Shown in pieces: positions 62,148-64,000 of a stretch of 64,000 nucleotides of DNA. Both the position numbers and the translations under genes were made by a program. The notes beneath the pieces were generated by a model. It saw nothing but the letters and a program-made list of their open reading frames with translations. It was not told where the DNA came from and searched no databases. Within the stretch, counting starts at the first letter, position 1. Each line of letters opens with the position of its first letter. Origin of the DNA: Squalus acanthias. Taxonomy: Eukaryota. Location of the stretch: the NCBI GenBank assembly GCA_030390025.1, contig JASTWF010000070.1, forward strand, positions 124,001 through 188,000. Reading direction: 5' to 3'.

Positions 62148-64000
62148 GGCGGTGCGAGTTGGCAGTGGAGTTTGATTTTTGCTTGTGTTTAATGTAAGGA
62201 AACAGATCATTCGATGTGTGCAATCCGCCTTTTGTTGCAATATAATCGCTGTAGCAATTTCAGTTTTTGGTAAAGAACCCGAATGTTAAATAATATTAGA
62301 AGAGAGCGAAATGATTGTCCAGCTTTGTGAGATGGAACTTTCTGTACAACTGTCCCCAATATCTTGTGTGTAAACTTTCGCTGTGTGTAGAATGGGGACA
62401 GATTTCCCTTTAGTCTGTGACCATATTGTGATTGGGAACTTGTGTAACACAGCTCTTAATAAACGTGAAATGCTGCCACGAGCTTAAAGTTGTCCGTCTT
62501 TACTCAGCGCTTAAAGGGACATTGAGTGGATTACATACAATGTACAGAACAAACAGGCCATTCAGACCAATCAGTCTATGCCTGTGTTTATGCTCCACAC
62601 GAGCCTCCTCACACCCCTCTTCATCTCACCCCATCAACATATCCTTCTATTCCTTTCTCCCTCATGTGCTCCTGAATTCCCTGTTGGATTTCTTAATTTT
62701 AAGTTCATGCTTCCTTGTTCTGGACGTCCCCTCACCGGAGTAGTAGTTTCTCTCTATCTACCCTATCAATTCCTTTCAAAATCCTAAATAACTCAATCAA
62801 ATCACCCCTTAACATTCTATATTCCAGGGAATACAAGCCTAGTTTATGTGTAATCTCTCCTAATTTAACCCTTGGATCCCTGGTAACATTCTGGTGAATC
62901 TGTGCTGAACTCCCTCCAGTATATCCTTTCTGAGATTCGGTGCCCAGAACCTGTACACTGTGCTCCAGATACTGGATTGTTGAAGAAGGGTGGGAGAGAT
63001 AAACCAGATAACTACCGGCCTGTCAGTTTAACGTCAGTTGTGGGGAAGTTAATAGAATCTGTCATTAAGGGTAGAGTGACTGATCACTTATGCAATTATG
63101 AGCTGATCAGAGGGGGCCAGCATGGCTTTGTTAAATGTAAATCATATCTGACTAATCCAATTGCATTTCTTGAGGAGGTCATTAATCAGATAGACAAAGG
63201 AGTGTCTATGGATGTTATATATATGGTCTCCCAGAAGGCATTCAATAAGGTTCCACATTAAAGATTATTGGCCAAGTTGAGATGGCATGGAATTGGGGGG
63301 AGACTTTTGATTTAAGTTGGAGTTTGGATGGGAAGTAGGAGACAGAGAGTCGGGATAAAGAGTAGGTACACAGATTGGCGGGATGTGACAAGTGGTGTTC
63401 CCCAGGGATCTGTTCTGGGGCCTCAATCTTTCCACTGTATATATTAATGAGTTGGATGAAGGAATAGAGAGTTGTATATCCCATTTTGCAGGTGGTGTTA
63501 AGTTAGGAGGCGCAGTAACTTGTGTAGATGGGAGGAACAATTTGGAAGGGGATATGTACAGGTTGTGGAGTGAAACGTAACAGATGTCGCTCAATGTGGG
63601 GGAGTGTGAGGTAATCCACTGTGGATCTACTTCTGTTCCGGTGCTCCTAGATCAGCAATTGGGGATTCTGAATATGGTTAATCATGCATGTGAAATGTCC
63701 AGAGAACAGCGGACAGAGGGTGTCGCCAATGAGCATGTGCAAGGGTGGTGGGGGAGGCGGGACTGCGAGTAGCATGCGTGAGCACCAACGAGCTTACATA
63801 TTAACCCTGTGTGCGTACGTAATAATCACACGTACTATGAACGTGCTGACGTACGAGCACCGTGCTTACCTTGCATAATTAAATAGATGTGCTTGTGAGT
63901 ACAATTGAGGTCATTCTCATAGCACTGGAGGTGGTAAATTTCTATAAGTGTACTGATAAATAAAGATTATTAATCTCTCTATCTCTTGAGTCCACCAGCA

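Larger units (their letters stand above)
36230..64000 (+). repeat. Tandem segmental duplication of the IgL cluster: unit 1 about 36230-44780, unit 2 about 48800-52850 (partial), unit 3 52851 to window end
   Basis: Long near-identical blocks, e.g. 37745/50284/52851, 38841/51383/57535, 42506/61670, 44742/63961. Confidence 0.9.

Overview
This is cartilaginous-fish (shark-like) genomic DNA, dominated by CR1 and L2 LINE fragments and tRNA-derived SINEs, with one assembly gap (30618-30785). It contains two immune gene systems. (1) At 6-25 kb there is a convergent pair of non-rearranging antigen-receptor-like genes, each Leader / single-exon VJ-type domain / C1-set domain / Cys-bearing stalk plus TM / cytoplasmic exons ending in an ITIM or ITIM-like YxxL exon. 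In both genes a lesion appears to uncouple the tyrosine motif, and gene A has a TM arginine. Relics of a third paralog lie at about 26.5 kb and 31.3 kb. (2) At 36-64 kb there are three tandemly duplicated, germline-joined (no RSS) Ig light-chain units resembling the cartilaginous-fish sigma-cart/sigma-2 (type I, NS5) isotype. Unit 1 is intact L-VJ-C, unit 2 is an intact L-VJ with no C of its own, and unit 3 has a C exon with a nonsense codon and a retroelement insertion. Exon models were built by eye from splice signals and reading phase, and family assignments are from motif recognition, not database searches.
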